A DNA stretch of 27,219 bases from positions 1 through 27,219 of the forward strand of contig JAQGDQ010001740.1 of assembly GCA_030141605.1 (NCBI GenBank), in the 5' to 3' direction. This DNA is from Tubiluchus corallicola. Taxonomy: Eukaryota; Animalia; Priapulida. The notes beneath the pieces were generated by a model. The model was not told where the DNA came from and did no database searches. It saw only the letters and a list, made by a program, of their open reading frames with translations. Position 1 is the stretch's first letter. Each line of letters opens with the position of its first letter. The position numbers were made by a program, and so were the translations under genes. Below, piece by piece: positions 8,778 through 19,854 of the stretch.

Positions 8778-9333
8778 TGTTGGCATCCTTCTGTCTCGGA
8801 AGACAATGGAGTGTGCGCCAAGAGAGTCAGTTATTGATCACATTGATGGAGCTGCAGCGTCAACTGTGGCTGAGCAATCCGATCCTTGAACCACTGGAGT
8901 GGCCTCTCCAGGGCACACCCCTGGGCAAGGTGTATGGAGATCCTGAGTTGCCCAGACAACAGGAACCCCCTCTCTTCCTCCCTGGTGTAGTCCAAAGGAA
9001 AGCGGAGCGATACGTTTAACACCAAGTTGGCTGCAGGAGCTGTCGGAGTCAGTGAGCATGCTGCACTGGTCTCCCTTTGGGCGGATTCCACTCCTGATTT
9101 GGAAGGTTTTCTTACACATGGCCGTTGGGTCACTTGACCTCCTCCGCCCTCTAGCCATTGGCTGCTTGTGCAGCTCCTCCGCATAGTGTCGAGATACATA
9201 GTGGGCATCCCGCAAGCTTACAGCACCTGGTATTTCTATGCGGTCACCAATCTAAGTGCTAACCAGGCTCTACGTTGCTTAACTTCGGTGATCAGATGAG
9301 AACCGGTGTTTTCAACGTGATAACGCTGTAGAC
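8778..9333 (-). mobile_element. 5S rRNA-derived SINE (SINE3) with RTE-LINE-like body and 3' tail
   Basis: 5S head 9333-9214; 3' end ccattgtcttccgagacagaaggatgccaac resembles RTE 3' termini; target-site duplication TGTACATGTGT at 8767-8777 and 9334-9344. Confidence 0.85.
9214..9333 (-). pseudogene. 5S rRNA-derived sequence (SINE head)
   Basis: gtctacagcgttatcacgttgaaaacaccggttctcatctgatcaccgaagttaagcaacg...gtgctgtaagctt; 120 nt; CpG-type substitutions and no oligo-T terminator. Confidence 0.92.
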
Positions 9334-9970
9334 TGTACATGTGTATAATTCTAAATTTTAGATAAGGAATTATAATAATAATAATAATAACAATAATAAT
9401 AATAATAATTGTGTTGTTTTTGTGCAAAATCTGTCATTTCTGCCATGTGTCCTAGATGAGACAGCTCTGAGTAAATTATACATCAATATAATCTTGTACT
9501 CATATTATATATATATATTAGTGCTATCATCAATAATAACTACAGCTACAGTGCAGTAAGTAGCGCTTTGAATAGATTATTTATTGCATGTAAAGGAAAT
9601 TAAATTTCAAGACTAGTTTTTTAGTGTGTCTGAACTATGTGATGCTTGCAAATTAATCTCTTTATTAGAATTTTAACCAAGAGTTTTGTGAACACTTGAA
9701 ATGTAGAAATGTAGCTGAACTAACTTATTTTTGTTTAGTGTTACGTCTTTGATAAAGAGCCTAGGCGATTTTGATAAACAACAAAATAAAAATAATTTAT
9801 TTTTAAAATTGTATGTTGTAATCAATGAAATTTTTACTTCCCTGAAATCCTTTCACTTGATTTTAGTGTGCATTTTCACGCGTTTTTTCTTTGTAACGTG
9901 TCGGTTTTTTGACAGACTATTTTAACTAATTAAAATTAACTAATTAGTTAAAATTAACTGATTTTTGCAG

Positions 9971-10104
9971 AGCCAAGATCATGAACATCGAGGCCACCGA
10001 ATTAGCGAGAAGAAAGATGATACAAGAGAGCAAGAAGAAAAAGGAGAAACCTTCTCAGTTCATACCGACCAATATGGCAGTCAATTTTGTACAGCATAAG
10101 CGAT
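9971..10104 (+). CDS. C9orf78: C9orf78/TLS1 homolog exon
   Basis: ttttgcAG acceptor; (E)AKIMNIEATELARRKMIQESKKKKEKPSQFIPTNMAVNFVQHKR; donor GTATGT; phases agree with neighbouring exons. Confidence 0.95.
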
Positions 10105-10154
10105 GTATGTATAGATACCATTTTACTTACTTATTTATTTATTTACTTACTATC

Positions 10155-10295
10155 CAGGGATGAGAGTTTTCCTCGGATACACGGAATTCCGAGTTTTTGG
10201 AAGACCAGTAGTGCCATTTTTGTAAATCGCGTGAATTCGTGGAGAAAATTTTTTACGGACTCAGTACATTATTTCACAAGCTGACCGCTAGTTGG
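10155..10295 (+). mobile_element. hAT-like MITE, 5' fragment
   Basis: cagggatgag...gaattccgagtttttgg...gaccgctagttgg matches the starts of 11823 and 16942. Confidence 0.85.
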
Positions 10296-10816
10296 GTTCG
10301 CATTACTAGTTAGTCACGTCTTTAAGCAGAGGGCAGAGATATAATGTATCCTATGGTGGCCAGCATAACCACAAATTATGCTTTAGCTGTTTACTAATGA
10401 AACCTGGTGGTTTCAAAAGTAATTTACGAATTATGGTGGGGGTAATTCTACCCCCCCCGATCGGTTGTAAAAAATCGTGACCCCATAAGGGTTAAGCAAG
10501 TAGTGTGATTGGATAGCCGAGGTTCTCCTGAATAGAACAGTTTTTAATTTGTAATCACTGAGTTATGTCTGTGCTCATACACTAGTAGAAAAGTCTTAGG
10601 TCTGATATTTTGAATGATGCAGTCCTGAACGAGTTGAAAAGATAACATAATAGTATGCTTATGGAGAAAATTGTATTTAAGACAATTTCTGCATTTACAC
10701 GTGTCAATAATCACAACAGCCATCTTGTTTTTGGCTGGAGCATTAGAAGGCCCTACGAACTTCTACAGCCATTGTTGTTGTTCTTGTTGCTGTAATTTTG
10801 TGATTACGTTTTCTAG

Positions 10817-10948
10817 TTAACATTGAAGATCAGACGACATTGACAGTCACCAAGAAAGACGAGTCGGCGGCCAAGCTGCGACCGGTTGTCGTGGGCGATG
10901 CAGATGCGCCTGGGTCAGTGAGAGCGGAGGCCGTGCTTCCCATACCAG
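10817..10948 (+). CDS. C9orf78: C9orf78/TLS1 homolog exon
   Basis: ttttctAG acceptor; (F)NIEDQ...KLRPVVVGDADAP..., restoring QHKRF and the VGD motif; donor CAG|GTATTA. Confidence 0.85.
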
Positions 10949-10965
10949 GTATTATACGATCTACG

Positions 10966-11092
10966 CTCTCTCTCTCTGTCTCCCCCTCTTTCTTTCTCTC
11001 TCTCTGTCTCTTTCTCCCCCCCCTCTCTCTCTCTCTCTCTCTCCTCTGTCTCTTTCTCTCTCTTTCTCTCCCCCGTCTTCTCTCTCTCTCTC
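10966..11092. repeat. (CT)n microsatellite
   Basis: Direct observation. Confidence 0.95.
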
Positions 11093-11822
11093 ATGATTAC
11101 ACGATTCGTAAATTCTTTCCGTGTGACGTCATTACAGGCCTGTACATTATCAGCTAATGTTTCCTTGCCATTGTACAAAAAGCCTGTGAAGTCAATGTGC
11201 TTGCAAGCCAAAACCATCCATAAGTCGGCATAGTTGAAACTGCGTTATGATGCTTCAAAGTAGAATGCACCAAAAATTTGGTTAAATGTCAATTTTTGTT
11301 CATTTGTATAAACCAACTCAAAATGTAGAAAGAAAAGATAATTTTCAAAAAACACTAAAAATCTAATTTTATAACTCCTTACCCAGTTTTCTGGATAGAA
11401 ACTAGTTGTGCAATTGTGAAAAAATTCCGATGGTAACTCATGGAAATAGTCGAGTTTCTCTGTTGCCAAGACCAGAGCTTCTTCAGGAAGAGCCATCTAC
11501 TGAATTTAAACATAACTTCAACGTTCTCTTGCAAAGTCCGTAGCAACCAACATTTGCGCGGCTGCTAAGTGTTTTTGTAAAAACACGACAAAAAACAATG
11601 GCTGACTTTAAAAGCGATTTTCTCAAGATTATGTTTTTCAGTGTGCAGCCTGCATCTCAACTTCAACGTGAATTATCTCAGCTTAGAAATAACGTAGAGC
11701 AATGAACTTGGTATCAAAATGATCCTCAAGAAATGGAGATTCAGGATACGTGAATAACTAGAAAAACTTAATTGCCAACTTATGGACGATTTTGCTATGC
11801 AAGCACACAAATCATTTACACA

Positions 11823-12283
11823 CAGGGATGAGAATTTTCCGTGAATACTCGGAATTCCGAGTTTTTGGAAAACCAGTAGTGCCATTTTTGTAAATCGTGT
11901 AAATTCGTTGAAAAAATTTTTACGGACCCAGTACATTATTCCACAAGCTGACCGCTAGTTGGCAGGCCGTCACTTTGTTTACATCATGTACATCAGTGTA
12001 ACCACGTGTAGATCTCTATGTATAAAAATATAGAATCAATTGTGTGGAGTTATTTGAGTCAATTGCAGACAGTTTTTATATACTTTTGCATAGGAGCGGC
12101 CAGTACTTAGGCGTTTTGGAAACAATTAGGTATCATGTATCCTTGATAGTTGGGTTTTTTAAATTATGCATGAAACAAGGTAATTGATATTTTAAGTCCA
12201 CTTAGAGGTTCTCTATGGCCTACGCGGTCCCCAAGCCCCCGACCTGTTTCAGAGTTTTTTGCAATTTGTCATTCTCATCCTTG
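11823..12283 (+). mobile_element. hAT-like MITE, full copy
   Basis: TIRs cagggatgagaat / attctcatccttg; perfect 8-bp TSD TTTACACA at 11815-11822 and 12284-12291. Confidence 0.9.
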
Positions 12284-12534
12284 TTTACACAATTGTTTGT
12301 GTAATTTTAAAGTACATTTTAGATGTTAAATTATTTGTAACATTCCTTAATTTGAGTGACTAATTACAAATTTAGCTTTTGCCCCTGAGGTTGTGCTAGT
12401 CATTAGTGAAATGGCACAAAAAGGCAAAGAAGCCAGTTCCAGTGTCTCCATCTATAGTTTGGGAATTTAATTATTGTGTGAAATTTATCAAACTCGCTGT
12501 TAATAGAATCATTATTATTATTATAATAACTGGC

Positions 12535-13514
12535 GGACAAGAAAAGGGGCACCTGAAGTAGGTCTCAGAAAAATCGCCTTAAAAATTATGTTACTTTATA
12601 ACAATTTTAAGCATATATTATTTTAAACAACACACCACAAGTAGTTGTCTGGTTCTGCACTATAAATAGCGTATCAGCTCGGATTTTGTAACGTACTATA
12701 CGCCATGCGTGTAGTAGTTTCTAGATTGTTCTTTTGATATTTTTGTAATCGTTCATGATGCAATGGACGATTATTTTCACATTTCAAAGATATCGTATTC
12801 AAATTTTTTTATCTAAAATTCGTAATCCAGCATACTGCTGACACTGTATTTCTGCATATTCTGAGCTCTGGACATTAAAAGCAAATCATAAAGCTGAAAT
12901 CGATGCGTTTCAAAGGCGAAATGACAGGACATTTTAGGTATTAGATGGCCAAAGAAAATATCAAACAAAGATCTATATGAAAAAATAAAAGAAGAACCTT
13001 GGACAAGAAAAATAAAAAGACACTGTTTAAAATGGATTGGGCATGTGCTTAGACTACCTGATGAATTTCCAGTGAAGATAGCTCTTCAACAAGCCATAGA
13101 ACCAGCTAAAAAATTTGCAGGAGGACAAATGTTAACATACTTAGATTTTGCACAGAAAGATTTAAACACTTCAGCATTGATCCTTAGAAATAAATCCACT
13201 TGGGACATTGCAGCGAGCAGGGAGTCCTGGCATAGGGAGGTGAGCAGAATCATGTCCCTGGACGTATGAATCATTGGATGATGATGATGATACTGCTGTC
13301 ACAGAAACATAACAAAAAACATTTAGTTTTTCAGAGAACATGTTATTCTAATTGGTAAAATGTCGTTGACTCACCCTCCAGGACCAAAACCCGCATTTTT
13401 AATCTTATTAACAAGATACAGTAATTTAAAGGACAAGAAAAGGGGTACCTGAAAAAGGTCTCAGAAAAATCGCCTTAAAAATTATATTACTTTATAACAA
13501 TTTTAAGCATATAT
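12535..13514 (+). mobile_element. Dispersed DNA element copies B (12535-13424, interrupted by a LINE fragment) and C (13426-13514, 5' end)
   Basis: ggacaagaaaagggg(c/t)acctgaa...ctcagaaaaatcgccttaaaaat repeated; same family as 2881-3224. Confidence 0.7.
12855..13291 (+). pseudogene. RTE-clade LINE 3' fragment (RT C-terminal region), frameshifted
   Basis: SELWTL...IDAFQRR / ILGIRWPKKISNKDLY...LKWIGHVLRLP...AASRESW; (GAT)n tail. Confidence 0.85.
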
Positions 13515-13547
13515 CGCACTCACGTTGAAAGGAATTTTTGTTTGTTT

Positions 13548-13830
13548 TCATTTTGAATCTCCCGCAATGGTCTCCCACTTATCTCGCAACTGCTTGACAT
13601 TTTCAACCAGAGACTGAATACAGGTGGTCTCGAAATCAATGGTTGCCGCTGGAGACTATCAGTAAATTTGTCTCGTGTATAATTGACAATAGCTTCATCC
13701 ATATGGACGCCATCAACAGGCCCTCGAAAGTTGAGAAGTATTGCTTAAGACCGGAAAGTGTAGCTCGATAAATTGTCTCCATCCAAGCTACAAATTAGAG
13801 CATTAGGCCTGCCTTTACTTCTTCTGTAGC
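13548..13830 (-). pseudogene. Decayed hAT-type (ZMYM1-like) transposase fragment
   Basis: LSGLKQYFSTFEGLLMASIWMKLLSIIHETNLLI / ATIDFETTCIQSLVENVKQLRDKWETI with a stop and a frameshift; recognised from memory. Confidence 0.55.
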
Positions 13831-14087
13831 AGACTTAGCTTTTTTTTGTTAATCTTGCCTACAAATTCGTGCACGGGGCGCCATCTGTGGCGGGAATGTA
13901 AAGCTTTAAAGTTGCAACCCATTCACTGCCGACTTGATTGCTTCAAAAGTTTTACAGAGTAATAATAGTTAGTAATAATAATAATAATAACATTATTAAT
14001 AATAATAACAGAATAATTAAAATCTGGAATGAACTTCCAGAGTGTGGCGGTGTGCTATTGGTTCATCATTTTCCATTTCTTTTACAG

Positions 14088-14185
14088 TTGTGGCAACGGA
14101 CAAACCAGCAAAGAAACGGAACGTGGAGAAGGCAACGGATGACTACCACTTTGAAAAGTTCAAAAAGCAGATGCGACGTTACTGA
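14088..14185 (+). CDS. C9orf78: C9orf78/TLS1 homolog, last coding exon
   Basis: tttcttttacAG acceptor; ...KRNVEKATDDYHFEKFKKQMRRY* matches the conserved EKATDDYHYEKFKK C-terminus. Confidence 0.96.
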
Positions 14186-14212
14186 CGCCATTTTAATGGC
14201 CGTTTAAGTTTT

Positions 14213-14218
14213 AATAAA
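14213..14218 (+). terminator. Candidate polyadenylation signal (alternative at 14955-14960)
   Basis: AATAAA 27 nt after the C9orf78 stop. Confidence 0.4.
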
Positions 14219-15025
14219 CTGTACAGTTATCGGTCGTTTTATAACATCTGTTTAATTGCAAATCTGCGTTAACCCTTTCACTGCATAGTTGCTATTTAAC
14301 AGGGCCGTATTGAGTTTTGAACATTGGACAATAACTTCTTATGTTGTGTTACCAGAACATGCGCTCATGCACCCACGCATGTGTGCAAACCTTCACAAAT
14401 TAGCACATACATATATTTAGAAATCATTTTTCACAAATGTCATAAAATGACTTTGTCTAATAGGTATCTATGATTGTTTAATTATGAGATTTGGCAGGGT
14501 TTCATAAAAAAGTTTTTGTCACATTTTTGTAAACTTTCAATGCATATTTTTGAGCTGCTACATGTGAACCAACCTTTACAGACCTAATCTTTTAAACTTT
14601 AAGTCGTTGTTGTCACGCCACTGCAAAGTAATTGTTCATTGATAACAACAATTGTTCTTTGATTTTTTTACTATTTTTTTGTAAATACTTGTAAATATAT
14701 GAAATAAGCGAAATAAGAAATATTTACTTTTATTTTTGATTTATTTTTATTGTTTCAAACGAAAATTGTATCTAATTTTATACCGTATGTCTAAATGATC
14801 TTCAGTTTAAAATACTGGGCAAAAACAGAATTCAGATCCAACTAGTTGTCGCATTTGACGTTGCTTAACTTTTGAATTTGTGTGGAGTGTGAAAAGGAAC
14901 TGTTATTAACATTACATCTTTAATTTAGCTGCTGTCTTGCAACAAAAAAAGCTGAATAAAATACATCTACTGAGTCTAAAAGATTTTCTAAAAAATGTTA
15001 ACCTAAATTGAATTGATAATACAGC

Positions 15026-15359
15026 CTCTCTCTCTCTCTGTTTCTCTCCCTCTTTCTCCCCGTCTCTTTCTCTCTCTCTCTCTCTGTGCCTGTCTCTCTC
15101 TTTCTCTCTCCCTCTCTCTGCCTTTCTCTCTCTCTATCTCTGCCTCTCTTTCTACCCCCCTCTCCCTCCCTCTCTCTCTCTGCCTGTCTCTTGATCTGCC
15201 TCTCTCTTTCTCTCTCTCTCTGTGCCTCTCTCTCTCTCTCTCCCTCTCTCTCTCGCACACACACTTTCTCTCTCTCTTTTTCTCCACCCCACTCTAGCAC
15301 TTGCTCTCTCTCTCTCTCTGTCGATTTGCTCCCATTTTCTGTCTCGCTCACTCACTCTC
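15026..15359. repeat. (CT)n microsatellite
   Basis: Direct observation; source of ER/LS-rich spurious ORFs. Confidence 0.95.
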
Positions 15360-15489
15360 TAGGTGGGGATAAATTGCAAAATAGTCGTCATTATCTCTAG
15401 AGTCGTACGTCATTTGACATGACCCCCTGATCACTTTACTCCAAACTGCCCTGTCACCTGCAACCTCCCATGTCTTTGCATTTTTGATG

Positions 15490-15760
15490 GTCTAATGGCG
15501 TGTTGATAAGATCTTTTTAGAAGAAATTGATGTAAGTCAGCAGGTGTCCTCCTTGCGGTTTCGTTTTTTCTGCTTTGCCTTTTTTAAAGCAACTTTAATA
15601 GACTGTCATCTCATAACATGTCATATCTATCTTAATCTTTTCCTTTTGATTTTATTGTCCATTCCTCTGCCTTGACTGTATTGTACAGATCCTGGTTTGA
15701 TATTTTCTTTGGCGATTTTATTCCTAAAACGTTTCTCCTATGAAATTGCGAAATAGGTGG
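15490..15760 (-). pseudogene. Degenerate RTE-clade LINE fragment
   Basis: FHRRNVLGIKSPKKISNQDLY...EEWT parallels the 12855-13291 fragment. Confidence 0.75.
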
Positions 15761-16179
15761 AAATTCAGCATGACGATGACAGCACTTGAAGAGTGTTTGT
15801 ACTATGGTATTATAGCGACTATAGTAATTCCAGCGCATGCGTATATAATTACGTAGCCAAAATAAATAAAATAGAAATTAAAACAGGAATTTTAATAAAG
15901 CTTTAATAACAAAATATTATTGCCACGATTAAATATAATAACAGGCTGCTTAAGCTCAGCCCTATACAATTACGTGTGTTAATTTTAATCATAATAATAA
16001 TCATTATTATGTTGATAAGCCTAGTGCATAATGCTGTGTTGAAGTTAGCGCACGGCAATAATTTAACGTGGTAAGCTAACTTGATAGCGTTGGCTTCATT
16101 GATAATTTGATATGAAAGTAATGAAACTTCTATAAAATCAGATTATACGTTACGTAGGTAAAAGCCCAAAATAGTAAAA

Positions 16180-16280
16180 TGACGTCAGGGTTTCTCCCCA
16201 TATCTGCGTATGACGTCAAATTGTGTAATCCCAGTCTCGTGACTGATTGGCTAATACCCCCGTTTATATGCGCATGCGTG
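16180..16280 (+). promoter_or_regulatory. Proximal promoter of the NEDD4-like gene
   Basis: TGACGTCA at 16180 and 16211 (CRE), ATTGG at 16246 (inverted CCAAT, ctgattggct), TGCGCATGCGTG at 16269 (NRF1-like), just upstream of ATG 16318. Confidence 0.6.
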
Positions 16281-16317
16281 ATAACCCCGAGTTCATGGAT
16301 GATGGAGGTTATTTAAC

Positions 16318-16401
16318 ATGTCAGTTCGCAGTAACCCAGCAAATAACAGTATGCCTGTAATTGAATTACACGGTTATAAAGACACCGAAGATCAGAGCGA
16401 G
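16318..16401 (+). CDS. NEDD4: NEDD4-family E3 ligase, probable first coding exon
   Basis: aacATG; MSVRSNPANNSMPVIELHGYKDTEDQSE; GAG|GTATGT phase-0 donor fits exon 21149; resembles vertebrate exon 1 (VEVFGLLEDE). Confidence 0.6.
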
Positions 16402-16941
16402 GTATGTGCTTTGTTTAAAATTATTTCCCATTTGTATGTTTCTTTTGTTGCCATCAGTGAATTTAATCGTGTATTTATTATCAGTGATAGAAAATTTAAA
16501 GGGCTATCTAGGCACTTGATCAAGGTCTGTTTACCTGTAGTGCCAGGATGTATTGTTGTACCCTATAACACCTTATTAAAATGCTCCCTGTTATTTCGTG
16601 TCCTTTGTAGTTTAGTTATCAACTGGCTGCAGGTACGAAAATCAAAGCAAACATTAATTCATTAAATCCTTTTATAAAATTATTCAATTTTTGATGTCAT
16701 GTCAAAGATCGAAATCAACTAGATTTTTAGGTTGCCCAATATCTTCACACAAAATTGACATTATGCTTGGGATTTTACAAACGTAATATCTTATAAATTT
16801 AACGTAATATAAATTTTTAATATCTTATCTACCTAGCGGTTTCTCTTTCGCTAACGGCACCAGTTAAACAATAAATACTACAAGCCCTGTGGCGACCTTG
16901 GGAATTTTATCTCTAATGATACTCAGCTCTGTTGCTATAGG

Positions 16942-17454
16942 CAGGGATGATACACAGAATTCCGAGTTTTTGGAAGACAAATAGTGCCATTTTTGTAAAT
17001 CGCGTAAATTCCTTGAGAAAATTTTTACGTACCCAGTACGTTATTTCACAAGCTGACCGCTAGTTGGCAGGCCGTCACTTTGTTTACATCTCGTACATCA
17101 ATGTAACCACGTGTATATCTCTATGTATAAAAATATAGAATCAATTGTGCGGGGTTATTTGAGTCAATTGCAGACAGTTTTTATATACTTTTGCATAGGA
17201 GCGGCTAGTACGTAGGCGTTTTTGAGGCAATTAGGTATCATGTATCCTTGATAGTTGGCTATTTTAAATTATGCATGAAACAATGTAACTGATATTTTAA
17301 GTCCACTTAGAGGCTCTCTATGGTCACGAAATTGCAATTTGTTTCTGGCCGCAAGGGGGTTTCGCCCCCACCCTTGAACCCCCATGGGGCCTACGCAGCT
17401 CCCAAACCCCCGGCCTGTTTCAGAGTTTTTTGCAATTTGTCATTCTCATCCCTG
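16942..17454 (+). mobile_element. hAT-like MITE copy
   Basis: cagggatga...attctcatccctg; high similarity to 11823-12283; an extra 3' end lies at 17815-17855. Confidence 0.88.
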
Positions 17455-18431
17455 AAACAGTTGTTCAGAAGTTTACTTTTTCCCACCGAGCGTTTTTAGC
17501 TGTGAAATTTGCTACTAGAATAATAATTGTTTCCCTGCAGTGTGGGATTGAAGACGAGAGTTTGCCACCTTCTGATGCTGGTAGATTGTTTATATGAATT
17601 CTACTTATCGGCATTTAGATGATATTCACACTTTTCCATTCTTAGAAACCTTTTCACACATCCAGCGATTGATGATGATAGTGAAAATGTCAAAGATTAA
17701 GTCTACCAGGCGAAGCATTTGTGTACACTTGACAACGCCTCGCAGCCCAAGCTATTGTAATAGTAAGAGTTTAACAGTTAGCTAGAACCTTACCTAGTTC
17801 ATTTTTTCTTGTTCCCTGTTTCAGAGTTTTTTGCAATTTGTCATTCTCATCCCTGGCAACAGGTTGTAGGCAAAATAGTTTGCTTGCAGATCTGTGTTAA
17901 ATCAAACGACTAGCATTTACTTGGATAACAATTGCACTGTTTATGTTCCTAGTGCGTTCTTAGAACAAAATAATGCAAAAATTGAAAAAATTAAAAAGGG
18001 AAAAATTGGAAAAAGTTAAATCAAATCAAATCCAATCCTATATTGTTTTTCCTACATACAACATCGATTAAAGCTTAGTAGCATAATTATAATAGCCAAT
18101 CAAATGGGAAGGTGTGGCGAAGAACATGCATTATCGTATCAGCCACCCCAACTCAGTTCTGTTTATAATTATTTCGCATGCAGTGCAGACGATAACTAAT
18201 CAAAAATAATGAAATATTGAATTATGCACTTGTTTACATCTATACAACATAAAAGAAAAATGCCAAAAACGAAATTTCACATTCTAAATTAGCAAAAAAA
18301 GAAATAATAAAGAAATGAATTGAACTAGCTCGCTAAATATAGCATAATTTGCATGTAACTCGAATATTTTTTGGACACTATTAAGCTTTCCTATGCTGTT
18401 ACAGCATTCTACTGGTTTTTTTATATAAATA

Positions 18432-19060
18432 CAGTAAGTCTTCGCTTAGCAGACGTGTGTTCCAGCAAAATGCAACGTTAAGCGCAAATGTCGTTAAACG
18501 AAGCAAAGACTTCTCATAGAAAGTAATGAAAAAGAATTTAGATACGTTCCAGAGGTAAAAATCAATGCTGCTTAAATCATATAAATTATGCCTGTTTTAA
18601 TACCTGAAATGAGGTAAAAAAAAGTTGTTGATAAAGTACAAAATGGCTGCAAGCAAAGTAAAAAAATCGACATTGAAATGAAAAGTTGTCAGACATCGCT
18701 AACTGGAGAGTCGTTAAGCGAGGAAAAGGGGTCTCAAATGTTCAGCGTCGTTAAACGAAACGTTGCTAACTGGGTAGTCGTTAAGTGAGGAAAAGGTGTC
18801 AAATGTTCAGCGCCGTTAAGCGAAACGTTGCTAACTGGGCAGTCGTTAAGCGAGGAAAAGGTGTCAAATGTTCAGCGTCGTTAAACGAAACGTTGCTAAC
18901 TGGGCAGTCGTTAAGCGAGGAAAATTGTCTCAAATGTTCAGCGTCGTTAAACGAAACGTTGCTAACTGGGCAGTCGTTAAGCGAGGAAAAGGTGTCAAAT
19001 GTTCAGCGTCGTTAAACGAAACATTGCTAACCTTGGGAGTCGTTAAGCGAGGGCTTACCG
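18432..19060. mobile_element. Tc1/mariner(pogo/Tigger)-like MITE with internal 65-67-bp tandem array (18698-19052)
   Basis: TA|cagtaagtcttcgcttagc ... gttaagcgagggcttaccg|TA; units start at 18698, 18765, 18830, 18895, 18961, 19026. Confidence 0.8.
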
Positions 19061-19854
19061 TACATATACGTTATTTTGTATACAGGAAAAAAAACGCTCG
19101 TTAGCACCCAGAAATGCCTCCTAATTTTCAATCTTTTTATACAAAATTCGGAATAAATTCACGCATTGATAGTGGCGTGAATAGAGTACGTAAGCGTCTG
19201 TAATTTCTGCAAACACTACGTAAATGCGTTTTTGCCTAAGAAACAGAATTTTATATAACTGTAATATGATTATATCTTGCATAAATGATATAGATATTCA
19301 ATATAAGTCATTGTACTCCCAATATTAGAACTCATTACTAACCTTTTCATTTGATGTCTACATGAATGGCTGCTCCTCTAGTACAGTTTTAATCTTATGT
19401 ATATAGATCTATAGTCTTTGTCACTTATTTGTTTTATATAGCATTTTATGTACTGATTTAAACCTAAAATAAATATAGATAAAAATGTATGTCGTCAGAT
19501 TCAATGTGTGTGCGTGATCATTTGAGGTTAGATGCTATAACGCTACATAACTCCTGCATTTGCAAATTTAATTTATAATGCAGCACTAACAAAAATTTAT
19601 TGTATCTGGCGTGTGAATCTTACTGTATTACTGATTAAGTAAGCCAGGTGATTGTGCAGACTCGAAGATCTCAGCATATGAAGAGTACCCATATTGCTAT
19701 TTGCCAGGTGATTGTGCAGACTGGCACTTGTAATTGCACGAGAGCTGATGCCTGATACCTGCGTGTGAAAGATTTAAAATGTGTGTGACGCACGCCTAAT
19801 CCACGGAGAGTTGGCAGGCCTGTGATACAATACTGTTTCTTTATGAGATTTCTA

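Noticed and set aside
9214-9333. Functional 5S rRNA gene
   Set aside because: Stem-breaking and CpG substitutions, no oligo-T terminator, and it is fused to a SINE body inside a TSD.
11245-11496. Nested minus-strand gene in the C9orf78 intron
   Set aside because: No recognisable protein; lies in repeat-like DNA; probably a transposon relic.
17541-17580. Extra NEDD4 exon (CGIEDESLPPSDA) after a good acceptor
   Set aside because: Weak donor (GTAGAT), and its phase-1 end is incompatible with the phase-0 C2 exon.
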